Source of the DNA: Yuukianura sp. NJ FZ-2021
Lineage: Eukaryota
DNA length: 64,000 nt
NCBI GenBank assembly: GCA_046563655.1
Contig: CM102283.1
Location: forward strand, 930,001 to 994,000
Direction of reading: 5' to 3'
Part shown: piece after piece, positions 1 to 13,078 of the stretch
Layout of the letters: the number at the start of each line of letters is the position of its first letter
Numbering within the stretch: the stretch's first letter is position 1
Notes under the pieces: generated by a model
Told to the model about the DNA's origin: nothing
Database searches by the model: none
Seen by the model: the letters and a program-made list of their open reading frames with translations, nothing else
Program-made: the position numbers and the translations under genes

Positions 1-9
1 CCCTTCACT

Positions 10-2315
10 TTCATTTTCGACGGAAACCAAACCCACTGTACCCCTTTCAGACGGGGTTCACTATTCCACTGAACTATCGGATTCAACATTCCAGAAATTC
101 CTGACGTGTAAACGACGTGTTAATTGAGATTTTTATCTCAATTATACAACCTTTGCGAGTTTGCCGAGTTCCACTAATAAGTTAAATTATATTAGTTATG
201 TAATAATATTATACGTATAATGATGACAACATATAATATTTATATTTATGTATAGTTAAATATAATAGTTAAATAATATTGTCTTCTGTTTGTAAGTACA
301 GCTCTCATCTAATTATTTTTCTTGAAACAGCCGTTGCTCGTGAGCAATCCAAAACCACGTGGCAACCGAATGGTCCGAAAGGAGCCGATCAAACTCATTC
401 CAAAGCTGTGTCAAATGACGGGCGTCACGGAGTCGATGCGAGCTGACTACAACATGATGAAGGAGTCTGGCGTACTCAGCAGTTGGCAATTTTGCAGTAT
501 CAAGCTATTGATGCGGATACTCAGATTCCGTAAGTCGTCAATTTCAAGTTGGTTGAAACGCTGAACCAAGGCGACCACCAGTTCAACCAGTAAATGGATT
601 CCAGTTCTACAACAACGTGACTCGCACCTGTCTCCGTTTGCTTAAGCTCTAACAAATGGGCAGAAACTGCTTCGACCCGACTGCAGAAGTACTTCGAACT
701 ACAGGATCAAGTTGTGGCTTGGATTCGTCACAACTTTGAGAAATCATGACCATGGAATGCTCTACTGCGTGGAGCCTACCAATAAGGTCATTTGGATTGA
801 TACTGTTCGGCACATCATGAGACAAGTTTGACGAGACGCGACTCAGGTTGAATGCTGTTTTCAAAGCGGCCATCCAAGCAGAAGTAGTTGTGTCAATCGT
901 AAGAATTTTTTTTTAAACTGAACCCTGCAATCGATTGAGGTACTCATGATGATTGATGATGATCACGTTTTTGTTGTTGAATTCAAGGTTTGGACGATGT
1001 ACAACAACCGGACTTACCGAGTCGACGACATTGAGTGGAACGAGAATCCGAATTCCACATTTGCTTCCCGAGATGGAACTCCGATAAGCTACGTCGACTA
1101 CTACAGCAAGTAAGTTGCAAGTTTTAAGAAAAGGGAATGCTTTGAATATCAAGTTAGAAATGGAATGCTGATTGAACTTATTATGTTTTGCAGGTACAGC
1201 TCTCATCTTATCACTTCCTTGCAACAGCCACTGCTCGTGAGCACTCCAAAACCACGTGACATCTGAATCGGCCGAACGGAACGAGAGTGAGCACATCACT
1301 CGCTATGGAAGCAACGGAAACGGCAGTGAAAACGGTAATAGAAATTGAAATGGAAACGGGAATGGACTTGTCTACAGGAATGGCAACGGAAACGGCGGTG
1401 ATGATGACGACGACATATTGGGACGGGACGGTCATTAGCTGGCAGCTCGGGCTTAAGTTTTGGCTAGAAGTATGGATCGCTACGACTTCATTTCTACGGT
1501 ATCTGGTTCCACTCCGACCACAGTCGGAACAGCTGGAACTAAGATCACATGCTTCTCCAAGTACTTCAGCTTCGTCACATCAGGAGAATGGTAAACGTTT
1601 ACTTCCTAATTCAATGTGTATAATAATGTAATTCACTTTACATAATAATTATTTATTTTTTAGGCAAATGTACCATTACAAAGTGGATTTCGAGCCTGTT
1701 GCTGACGATACGAGAGTCCGACGGAACGTCATGTGTCCTTTACGAGGTGTTCTAGGCCACAGTTGGTTGATACGTCGAACCCAGGCGACCCCTAGTTCAT
1801 CCAGTTCTACAACAACGTCTCTCGCACTTGCTCCGTTTGCAACAACTCTGTCAAGTGGGCAGAGACTACTTCGACCCGTCTGCGGAAGTAGTCATTTCGG
1901 ACTACAGGATCAAGTTGTGACTCGGATTCGTCACGATACTGCGTAATCATGACCATGGAATGTTCTACTACGTGGAGCTGACCAACAAGGTCATTGGGAT
2001 TGATACTGTTCGGGACATCATGAGACAAGTTTGACGAGACACGACTCAGCGGAATAAGAATGCTGTTTTCAAGGCGGCCTTCCAAGCAGAAGTAGTTGTG
2101 TCAATCGTAAGTCATTTTTTTTAAAATGAACCTTGCAATCGATCGAGGTACTCATGATGATTGATGATGATGATTTTTTTGTTGAATTCAAGGTTTGGAC
2201 GATGTACAACAATCGGACTTACCGAATCGACGACATTGAGTGGAACGAGAATCCACATTCCACATTTGCTTCACGAGATGGAACTCCGACAAGCTACGTC
2301 GACTACTACAACAAG
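10..2315 (+). pseudogene. Cluster of rearranged Piwi/Aubergine-like (Argonaute family) gene fragments
   Basis: Recognisable peptides are FIFDGNQ (~10-30), QPLLVSNPKPR...LIPKLCQMTGVTESMRADYNMMK (end of PAZ, 328-462), two copies of [37 protein letters not shown] (PAZ; ~995-1108 and ~2198-2315), a Gly/Asn-rich segment with an internal TGA (~1300-1500) and YHYKVDFEP (N domain, 1668). Domains are out of order with stops and frameshifts. No PIWI domain is seen. The cluster may continue left of the window. Confidence 0.8.
547..1183 (+). repeat. Direct repeat copy A (piwi linker/PAZ segment including introns)
   Basis: Colinear and highly similar to 1761-2390, from AGTTGGTTGA to GAACTTATTAT. Confidence 0.9.
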
Positions 2316-2390
2316 TAAGTTGCAGGTTTTTAGAAAAAGGAATGTTTCGAATATTTAGTTTAGAAATGGAATGCTCACTGAACTTATTAT
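1761..2390 (+). repeat. Direct repeat copy B (piwi linker/PAZ segment including introns)
   Basis: Second copy of 547-1183. Similarity stops abruptly at ~2390. Confidence 0.9.
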
Positions 2391-2679
2391 TAAGGGCTTT
2401 TTCGGCTATTTTTGAGAGCTTTTTAGACGCCAAAAACGGCTTTATTAGAACACACATTTCCTGGGTTTGTATACGTAATAGTATCACCAACGTTGTATCA
2501 AAATTTCAGACTGATGCACAATCCCCAGCTCCATATATTGTGGCCAAGTTCAGCTACGAATTTAGCTCGAAACTGTCCTTTCACACAACAAAATTGATTA
2601 GCATAATACAAATAGATTTTGACCGACAGAATCTTATAACCTGAGAATCAACATTTTACTTTGAAAAGTAAAAATTGTA

Positions 2680-5600
2680 TTAACCTAGCGGACAGTTTCC
2701 TGAAATCTCATCCGACCCATCTAAAATGCAAATTTTTCGTTGTTAAATTTCGGTTTGAACGTAGTTCGTTCGCATGCGTCATATAGTACTATCTTTGATG
2801 TCCATCTTACCAGCACAATCAAACCATCCGTCACACAATTTTGCACGCGGAACTATGTCGAAAACAAATTCAAAATTTTTTTTTGTAGTTCATGAGCTTT
2901 TCAGTTTTTATTTTGTAAAACCACTCACTGCATCCGCCTGCAATGCATTTGAACTCAGCTGCAGCACAGAGCATCCCACCTGAAAAACAAAAAAAAATCG
3001 TGTTTCACTCCTATAAATTCCACAAAGATTCCGAAATTTCTCAAAAATTTAAAAAAGAAAGTACCTGAGCATGTTTCTGTTGCTTCATCTAAAAATTTAA
3101 AAGTATGAGAAAAAATTTTTGCTTCAATTTTTTTTCCTTTTGTGATTTGAAATCTTGATTTTACCTGTGCCATCCGCACAGTCTGGAACGGAATCGCATT
3201 TGTACAGAAGCGGAATACACTGGCCGTTGGCGCATGGAAATTGGTCTCCATTGCAAGTAGATCCACAGTTCTGTTCGTCGTCGCCATTAGTACATTGCGG
3301 AGTACCGTCACACCTAAAGTAGCAATTCAAATTCTCAAATTTCACCTTTGACCTCTTCCACGCGTTTCAAAGTTACCATACTTGTATTTGTTGTCAATGC
3401 AGTGGCCAGTTGAACATCGAAACGAATCGAGACAAGCAACTAAAAAGAATGCCAATAAATCTGTTGAGAAATTGGGCCATTGACTTAAGCTTTTGGAAAA
3501 TTAGATGTGTCGCAAAATGTTTCAAAAAGAGATTGATAGTTAATTCTAACTGAATTTATAAAATTAAAATTTTGAAGTATTTCTAGTCCTTACGACATCC
3601 CTCTTCATCTGAGGAGTCTGGACAGTCCACTTTCCCTTGACATCGCTCCAATTGACTAATGCAAGTCCCATCTCCACAACGGAATTGACCAAAGGCACAC
3701 TCCTTTGGCGGTGGTGTGGTTCTCGCTATCAAAAATTAACGCAATTTAATCAACATTTAAAAAATAAAATACTAACGTTTTTTCACAATAGTATTGTTTA
3801 CGAATCTAAAACCACCACCGAAGTCAATTGAACTTTTTCTGAAGGTTTACGGATTTATGGTTACAAGAAACTTGGGTACTCAACTTTAGGTGTACCCTGA
3901 AGAGTTAGGTTAACTGAACTTAATTTGGTAACTTAGGCTAATTTGTTAACTTATACTAGGTTAACATTGTTTTAAGCAACACTTTTAATAGTTAACTGCT
4001 TTGCAATTAGTTTGGTTACTGTGGTTAACTACCTCGACACATTTAGGGTACTTAGGTTAGGTTAGGTCAGTTCGATCCCTGCCAAGGTTCGTAAACAAAA
4101 AAAAAACTTTTTCTACACCAGGTTGGCCAGTAACTTGAAGTTTTAACCTTTGTTTTAAAGTGGGAAATCTGTTTTTCAATGGCAGTTTTTGCATGTAATG
4201 TAAATGGGATTGGTGCTAAATTGGTGCTAAAAGTTGTTTGAAGTAAGATTTTTGAAAACCATGAGTTATCGGACAACCTGTTATAGGAAATACAATTCGG
4301 TTGTCAAGGAACCCTGATCCCTGCAGTCAACAACGCCACATTTGAGCGTGTCACTGATGCAACTACTGCGGTCGGAACATTCAAATTCATGCGATCGACA
4401 CGTCATCTCAAATGTTGTCACAGACATGAAAGTGCACATTTGGTGAACATAAAAAAGATCCGCAGTGTCATATGGTCAACAAGAATTTGTCAATAGTTCT
4501 TAAAAACTTTGGCGCCAAACGAAATCTAGGTATGAAAATTCGAACTCTACAATGGTAACATGTTAACATTTGAAACCAAGTACAAACCTGGACAAATAGT
4601 TGCGTCTTCATCAGTGTTGTCTGAAAATCAAAAACCAGAATTTCAGTATTGAAAGAAAAGTTCATAATTTTTGGAATCTTACGGTTTTCTTCAGAACACT
4701 GACCTGGACAATCACTAAATCCATTGCATATGAGAATGTTATCAATACAGGTTCCGTCTCGACATCTAAACTGAAACCTGAGACACTGCGCAGGTTCTAG
4801 AAAACGGCAAACCAAAATTTTAACCCAAAAATTTCAACTTTACTTTCACTTTATTAAATATTTGTCTGTTTGACTTTCACTTTTCTTAAACGCGTTTTTT
4901 AAACCGGCTTATTTTAGAGTTCCCGGCTTCTATTAAAAAAGTTTCCGGTCTGCACCGACTTGTATTGGGGACCGGCTTTTATTAGAAGTCCTACGGTATT
5001 TTTGTTCGTTTTTTGAGAAAAATAAATTTTTAAAAGAATCCATGCAAGTAGTCATCAAACTTTCTAGGAACTTTCTGGAAAATCGGAACCTCTGAAGTCA
5101 TAGTTACCTTGGGAGCTTAACGATAGACGACAGTCACCAAACTTTGGATTTCCGACATAACCATCTTCACATTCGTTACAGAATTCTCCAGTTGTAAATC
5201 CACGGCAGTTCTGTTCAAACAAACAACATTTAGCAACCAAAAAAGAAATGAGCCCATTTTTGAAAATCTAAATTCCAATTTCCAAAAATTCTCAAAATTA
5301 CGACAAATAAAGCATGATGCAACTTGATTAACACAAGAGGCCGATTACAGACAGCTTAAGGACGGCTTATTGTTGACTAAATAACGCCATTCGTTTCTGT
5401 GAGTAACTATAAACTTGGGTTTTGTTTAAAAACACACATCGGCATATTTGTTCGTTTTCACTCAAATCCCTCCGCGAAGGAGTTAGATTTGAACATGCTG
5501 ATTCGTTATGTCTTTTGTACAAACATACAAACAGTTGCCGATGTCTTGGTGATTTACTTGGATTCGAAAGAAAATTTTCAGAATTTTTGGGACGCTGGTA

Positions 5601-8600
5601 AAGGTACCAAGATGGACCCTTAGAGTGGACTTAGAAATACGGTTAATGGTACCAAAATTTGTGAAATGCGATTGCGGAGATTTCAACGGCCTAAAAACTT
5701 AGAAATTCCCACGTTGAAACCTAAAAAGCGACGATTATTCGCGACTACTTTTCTTAAATCGGTTATAACTTTTAAACGGGTTAGGATATTTCAAATCCGA
5801 AGCCGTTGAAATCCCCGCCACGCTATTCCGCAAATTTTGATACCTTACTTAACGTTATACGTTGATCCTACGATTTTTAACTGGTACCGGAAGAAGGTCA
5901 ATTTTCAGTAGTTATCAGACCTCTTCGTTACCGAGCTAACAGGACCTTAAGAGCGAAAAATTAACGTGGTGGAAATTTAAAAAAAAAATTTTTTTTGCAC
6001 AAACTTTACAAATTCCTGTTTTGGGATCACATATGTCCGAGTGCCTGTTGCAGCTACAGCGTTCACAAAGACCAAGGTAGAGGCCCTTAAGGGACCGAGT
6101 GAATCCAGGAGCACATTCTTGGCAACTGAGGCCTAGAAACATGGTCAAAAGAAATTTGAAAACTTAAAAAGAAAACTTAAATCTTGAAAGTAGCACTATT
6201 TTTTGGAAAAAAAAAATTACCATGATAGCCTTCAGGACATGGACATTCTTCTACTGCCCATGCTCGATCTTGTCCAGTATTTCGTGAAATTGAATAATCC
6301 AGGGAAATTTCGCTAAGACTATTTAAAAGAACTTGGTCTTTGAACTTCATTTTTGAACAAAACGTTATGGTTTTGAAATTTTCAATCAAACTTACTAGGT
6401 TTCGTGGGTGAACGTTGTGTAGGTGGCCTTGATCAGTAGAGTGTCCAAGTTTGCAAGAGCCATCAGCAAATATTCCCGATTCGCCACACCACCGTCGGCT
6501 CTGGTGTACGAAAAATGAAATTTTGAATATTCCCACAAACGCTTTTTTAAATTTTTAGACCTATAATAGTCTCTTGACCTTTGACGTTTTAACTTTCTTA
6601 CCTCTGCCAAAACTGTTCCAAAAGCGGTACAGACAAGTTTACCGAGCGGTTAGGAGCCAGCGGCTCACCGCGGTGGAAGTACAACAGTCGAACGTCATTT
6701 CCATTGAGCTCCACGTCCGCTCCAGTGTTTGGCGACGTTTGCCCTCCAGCAGGTGGGACGTACCTAAAAATAAACATTTCAAAACATTTCGAAATAAAAT
6801 TTCAAAAAATTTCAAATTTATGATTTCAATAAATTCAGAAAATGTTGTCATGTGTTAGTATGTATGAGCATACCTGACGGTGTAGTTCAAGTAACCGCCG
6901 TAAGAGGTGGCTTTGTCTCCCAAGTACTGTTGTGGCAGTTGCCAGTAATAAGTGAGTCCGGAGGCTCCAGGAAATCCACGGTAGGCCAACTCTCGTCCAG
7001 AATACTCCACTGACACGTTCGTAAGACGTGTATCTCCAGAGTCAACAAGAGTGAACCCTTGCGATGACTCGAAGAAGCTACTGCGTTCTTGTGTTCGATA
7101 CCAACTGGAACTGGAACACTGCGTGACGATTCCCATGCAAAAACATTTGATACACCCAAACTGATTGCCACTGCTCAAGTGAAAAGTTCCCGTCTTGCAT
7201 TGGTTACATAGCGGACCAACAGCGTTTTCCTGAAATTCAAACGAAAAAACGTTTTTCCAAACATTTTCAAAAAATAATCTCGAAAGTCAGAAAATTTTGA
7301 TAGAGAAAAGCAACTTTTTTGCAAGTTCAAAAAGCATTGAACATTTTCAGAATAAATTAGTGAGTCTCTTGCTCTTCTTACCAATCTAAAAAAATCCAAT
7401 TTGGAAGTAGTGAATTTTTTTTTGTACAATGAGTTTACAAAATTTTGAATTTCAAACTTCATAGATATTTAAAAAAAAAGTTTTCTTTATACCTTGTAGT
7501 TGCATCTTTGTGTAAACGGATCTGGTGTAGGCGACAAACTGCCGGCGGCATCACAGCGAGCACCAACAGGGCGACAGTCGTATGGATAATTTGGATTTGG
7601 CGCGTAGCCGCAGCCACAGCCCGCGCAATTTCGACCCACGTGACCTTCGTTACATGCACAAGTGATCTCTCCGTCAGTGTCCCGGTAACAACTCTTGCCA
7701 AATGTTCTTCCAGTTCCAGGACATGGACACGGGCGGCATTGACCAACGTCGTCATAAGTTCCTTCTGGACACTGTTCACGCACAGGTACGCACCGTCCGA
7801 GCAACGTTCCATGCAAAACCCGTTCGTAGCCAACCACACATTCCCCACAACTTAGACCTACAAGTACAAGTTTTTAAAAATTGAAATTTTAAAAAAGCAA
7901 GGCAGGGCATTCCTCAAGTATTTATCGCGCGACTTCTGGAGGAGGTGGCAATTGATATTTTGTAGTTTTAGTTATGTGTGTTTTCGGTTTTAAGGATGCT
8001 TGTTGCAGAACAACCGCAGAAGTATGTGCAAGTATGACAATTATATTTACCAATACGCATTTATCTGCCAAGGGTATATCCAGAGTTTTGTAACCTTTTC
8101 GATTACACAAAAAGTAATACCGAATATTAGATTCCTTTCAAAAATCTGTAAACTGCTTTCGGTTACGATTGCTCCGATCTGTAATCGACATCGAAAGTTT
8201 AATGTGTAATCATAATCGTAATCCCTTAGGTTCGATTACTTTTCAGTTGTTCAAAGGTGAACTCAAGTACCTCGAACACCAGCAATGTTCTCTAGCTTAG
8301 CATTGCGCTGCTAACTTTAGTATTGCGCTGCAAAAGCATACAAACTCAAAAAAGTAACAAAGGGTTGTTTTCACAACTCTGTGAGTTGTGAATTCAAATT
8401 CAGATTTTTTTTTAAATAGAAAGCTCTTCCGTGTCAATTCCTGTTTTACCAAAATCCATTTTTTGGGTGTATCCATAGTTTCCTTCATCGTAATCTTCAT
8501 TGCGAGAGGCTGGATACACTGTTGACCCATTTTCTTGCACCGATAAACTTGGAAGAGATTCTGCTGGCAATGCTACTGAGTAAACAAAACACTCGAAGCA

Positions 8601-8645
8601 TAGCAGATATTGGACAAAACGCTGTTTCAAATTCATTTTGAACAT
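2680..8645 (-). CDS. Multi-exon secreted perlecan-like protein: signal peptide, laminin EGF, laminin IV (B), laminin EGF, then several LDL-receptor class A repeats
   Basis: Signal-like [25 protein letters not shown] (8645). Lam[20 protein letters not shown] (7492-7857). Lam[27 protein letters not shown] and [20 protein letters not shown]. Lam[26 protein letters not shown]. LDLa exons [32 protein letters not shown] and [13 protein letters not shown], ending NCPLG-TAA at 2680-2682. Exon boundaries are approximate. Confidence 0.8.
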
Positions 8646-9750
8646 TCTTCATGCTCTTTTGCAGAATATATTCCGCATTTGACGGTTAGGTTATTTGCAC
8701 TGAACCTTAACTTCTCACTGGTAGCAATTTCAATATGTGTTTCACATATGTTAGTTTTTTAGCTACGAGTAAAACTTTAAGCTTCTGAACATTCCGAGTT
8801 GCAAAACTGCATTTCTCATTATAATGAGGAATAAATAATCCTCAACAGAATCCACTTAAAATAATCCCAACACAAAGGAAAATAATAACCCCTTATTAAT
8901 CCCGCACAAGCAAAATCAATCTGTTTGATAATATGCAGGATACCTATTTCTGTCTTTTTTTATAATAATTCTTTCCAATAAATTTGCAAAACTGATCTTT
9001 GCCACATTCTGAAAATTTTTTCATGTACTTATGGAAAAGGTCATTTCGCCATGACGTTGGCCAAAAACGTAAATTCCTTGGGATGGTTAATTTTTTTTTG
9101 TAGATATTTTATATTCTGATGTGCCACATGATACCAATATGTTTAATTAATGTTTAAATATCTTCTCAAAGGTTAGTCTTACTTTATGCACTCTAACTTT
9201 GTACCTTACCTAATATTTTACAACATTTTGTTAATGCTTGATATAACAGATGTAAATTATCAACAACGTACTCGATTACAAATATCAATACCGCAGGTAC
9301 TAGAAATCCAAGCCATACAGCAAATGTTATGCAAATTTTATCACTCAAAGTTAGAGAATTTACAATATTGTTGTTCTTAGGAATTTTTGCCTTTTACGTA
9401 TCACATGGTAATAATCTAACTTTCTCCAAAATTTAACAATTCCAGCTTCCTCCATTGCCTTCCAAGCTGGCGAATTTTCGGATCCGTTACGCAATATAGT
9501 TACCATCCAACAGTTATATTTCCTAAACTATCGTCTCCTTTTGCAAGGGTTTTACCTTGATCATCTGAAATTTTCCATAAGGCGTATTCCATGTCAATTA
9601 CATTCGACCAGCCAGCGTAAGCTGCACCCATGATATAAATAATGTATCTACAACGGCTCGTAATATTTGTGGTACATAACTACTATTACTTCCTCTCAAC
9701 AAAGAAGGGTTTCGGATATTTTGGGTTTCTTGGCCCAGCCAAAACTGGTA

Positions 9751-9847
9751 GAAGGACTTGTTACGATCCTTCGAAAATTGGAAGTAATTTCAAACGAATC
9801 TTTTAGAAGAAAGTGTCCAATTTTCAAGGGATCGTAACAAGTCCTTC
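9751..9847. repeat. 32-bp inverted repeat with 33-bp spacer
   Basis: GAAGGACTTGTTACGATCCTTCGAAAATTGGA (9751-9782) matches the reverse complement of 9816-9847 with 2 mismatches. Confidence 0.9.
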
Positions 9848-9984
9848 ACATTGAATTCTTGTCGGACATGGGACACTTTTCGGACTTAGTCGCGTATAAA
9901 CCCGATGATTTGTTCTGAAATTCCATGGCAACCATAACGAGAATAATTCTCGTTACTTAATTATCAAATAAGAAAAGGAAATTA

Positions 9985-10464
9985 AGGAAATTGTGCAGCA
10001 CAAAAACGCAAAAGTGGAAATTGTGCAGCACAAAGAACACAAAAGTGGAAATTGTGCAGCACAAAGAACACAAAAGTGGAAATTGTGCAGCAGAAAGAAC
10101 GCAAAAGTGGAAATTGTGCAGTACAAAGAACGCGCACGTGGCCGGTTGAGGAACGTAGAAACGGAGAATTTTGGAATTGTGCAGCACAGAAAAACCAAAA
10201 ATTTGAACTTGTGCAACCAATGAACCGGAAAGATGGTAGTTGTGCAACCGAAAGACCCGAAATGTGGTTAGTTGTGCAACATAAAAACCGAAACGTGGCA
10301 GTTGTGCAATGCAAAAACCCGAAATGCCGACTTTGTGCAATGCGAAAACCCAGAAGGTGGTAATTGTGCAATGTAAAAATCCGAAAAGTGGTATTTGTGC
10401 ATTGTAAAAACACGAAAAGTGGAATTTGTGCACTATGAAAACCAGAAGGTGGAAATTGTGCATT
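9985..10464. repeat. ~30-bp minisatellite with TTGTGCA core
   Basis: About 15 units such as AAAAGTGGAAATTGTGCAGCACAAAGAACAC. The left units are nearly identical and the right ones are diverged. Confidence 0.95.
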
Positions 10465-13078
10465 TTAGGAAAACAATTTTGCTATAAGTACACACGGGTT
10501 GTGGGCCCAGCAATTTACATGAAGAGAAAGCGGAATGGGCCCAAAATCAGCCAATTCCCGTAGGTGTCCTTTTATCCACCAGAAATGCGGATTTTTTCCT
10601 AGAGTTGCATAGATCATTGGAATTACAATTTGCTCTGCATAATCTGGAATGTAATTAGGATAGTCTTTTGTTTCTTGATTCATGCTTTACAGTTTTTCCT
10701 TGCCGTCTTGTATTCCCATCAATCTCGTATCTCCTTTTGCTCCTTTTTCCATGTTCCTCTGAAGTATCTTATAACACCAAACTGTGGCCGTATATAAATC
10801 GTCAAATTTTTTGCTACCAAATGATCAAAAGTTGTTACAAGTGTTGGAACTCTAGGTGAAATTATATCAGTAGTGAAAACACTTCTGTAACCATTAGTAA
10901 CTATAATTAAGGCCAATGACATTGTACCTAAGATCCAATACATAGCGGGTAGACGGCGAGGGTTACCAGCGGATTCTATACTATGTTCTACCAATGTAGA
11001 ATACACTGTTAAATACCCATTACATTTTATACCTTTTACCTTTGATATAACGTTAGCTGTTACGGCCAAACCAAAAACAGTGATAACCAGAATATCCCAA
11101 ATATTTATTGTGAATGGGGCAGCTAAAGTTATAAAATCAGAAGTATCTTCTAGTAGACCGTCACAAGTTAAAAATATAAATTTTAAATTATATGAAATGT
11201 AATTATTGTTTTCAGGAGACTTAAAATTGACGGAAGGGTAATTACAATAGAGGTAATGATTTTTAGTGCTATTAGTCATTGCTGTATTAAGTAAAATGGA
11301 TTCCCATGTACCATGCTTTTATTTATAAGGTGACAAATACAAAACATGATGCTGGGTTCCACGCCATATCCAATTTTGGTGTTTGTCTACGCTCTCCACT
11401 GTTCCTTTAAACTAGTTTTTAGGATTTGTTAGCAAAATTGGTTTGTGGTATAAATGGATGCCTTGTTGGCAAATTACCCAACTGTGCCCAATTTCATAAG
11501 TGGCTGACCTCGCAATTTTATACGAGGAATACCCGTTAGAACCCCTGGCGTTATTTGACCTTGTGATGGTGTCCGAGAAATGCGTACTTGACCCCGATAC
11601 GGCATCCGAAAAATATTTGTTTGACCCCGATACTGTATCTACAGAATACTTGCTGGTCATTGGGGCGTTATGTAATGAGTAAACATGAAAGTGGTATAAG
11701 CTAAGGAAGTCGATTTCTCCATCCTATGCCGCTGTAATGTACCAGTGGTAAATTAGTGTTTCACTGTAAGGTGCAACCAATGAAAAGATGCTTCAAAGGC
11801 CCATTATATATCATTTAAACCAACACTAGCAAATTGAAATTTTCCTAAAAGCTCATGTCGCCATGGCCTTGGCCAGAGATATAAATACCATGGGATGGGT
11901 ATATTTTTTTCAGATATTCTTGATTCCAATATACCAAATGATGTGATGAGTAAAATGAAATTGAAACATTTGTATCTGAAATGTGGTTCTGAATGTATCA
12001 TTTTTTCATGTGCACCTAATGAATTGTAGAACCCTGCCCTGCTCTTGTTGCATCAAAAGTCAAATCTACTTTTGTTGTGAACCACATCTTGAGTAGTTAC
12101 TGGGAAGTTCAATGGTTCGAAATCTGTTGTGTTGCTGTTGATCAAGTGGATGTTACATTCGGTAGTAAATGGACTAAACCATGGATTTAAATCTGTCCAT
12201 TTCGATTTAGTGGTAGGTATCATACAATCAACAAGCAACAATACCCAACTACATACGAACCGAAACATTTTGAATTAAAAGTAAGCACTATTTATTTGAA
12301 ATATTGATGAAAACTGTTGACAATTTCTGTCTTCTGGCTAATATTTCTTGGCATTCAAACCAAAAAGAGTTCCACTGGGATTTTTACCAAAAAAATAAAC
12401 CAACGTATCAAAAATGAAATCCCAATGGCTTTATTATGATCATATGAACTTTAAAAAAGCACACCAAAATGTTCCTAAGGTAATATTGTTCATAGTCATT
12501 ATGTTGAATATGCAACGAATTTAATGCAGAAAAATAACTAGGGATCAAAAATAAAATGCAATCTAGTACAAATGACTATTGTTGCATGCAAACCATTGTT
12601 GAGTAAACAGAAGATGGAAGCTCTGAATATAAAGATTACACCAAGGATCGACTAATCGATTGTAAAAGTTCAATTACGAGTTATCGAAATCCGTATTTAT
12701 AATCGACATCGAAATTTGCAACCTTTAATTTTAATTTCATGCCAGTTTTGGTTACAGTTGATCGACTAAATTCAAATGATTGCCAGTTGAGTTTTAATCT
12801 TTTTTTAAAATTCTGTATTTGTGTTTTTGCTCACGCACTACCGCTATTACATCAATAGTACTTTATAGCATAATTACAACCTATATTTCATAAGCATCCC
12901 AAGCCAATCAGTATGTGTTTCATAAATATTTAAATGCCTTTTTTAAGTTTTTTGAATGTTCGCTTTATACCTAAAAGCCTCCAGTAGAAGACAGTTTTCG
13001 ATGCGCGCCGCCCGTAAAAACTGAAATAATATAAACAACCGGGTTTGTGTTAGAAGTTTTGCGGTACTCTGTATTTTA

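Larger units (their letters stand above)
9703..10530. mobile_element. Unclassified non-coding insertion containing an inverted repeat and a minisatellite
   Basis: Absent from the paralog. IR homology stops at ~9703 and resumes at ~10531. No clear TSD or TIR was identified. Confidence 0.55.
9179..12268 (-). pseudogene. Intronless divergent IR-like receptor pseudogene (paralog of the gene at 13079-23509)
   Basis: ATG at 12268 (MFRFVCSWVLL) and colinear with the paralog. It has a premature TGA at 12053 (DF* versus DFW), several frameshifts, a deletion near 9628 and an ~830-bp insertion (~9703-10530). Confidence 0.85.

Noticed and set aside
9953-10463. Several overlapping Cys/His/Phe-rich ORFs
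   Set aside because: These are translations of the 30-bp minisatellite in multiple frames.
9985-10464. CRISPR-like periodicity
   Set aside because: The units are head-to-tail with no unique spacers, there are no cas genes, and the context is eukaryotic.
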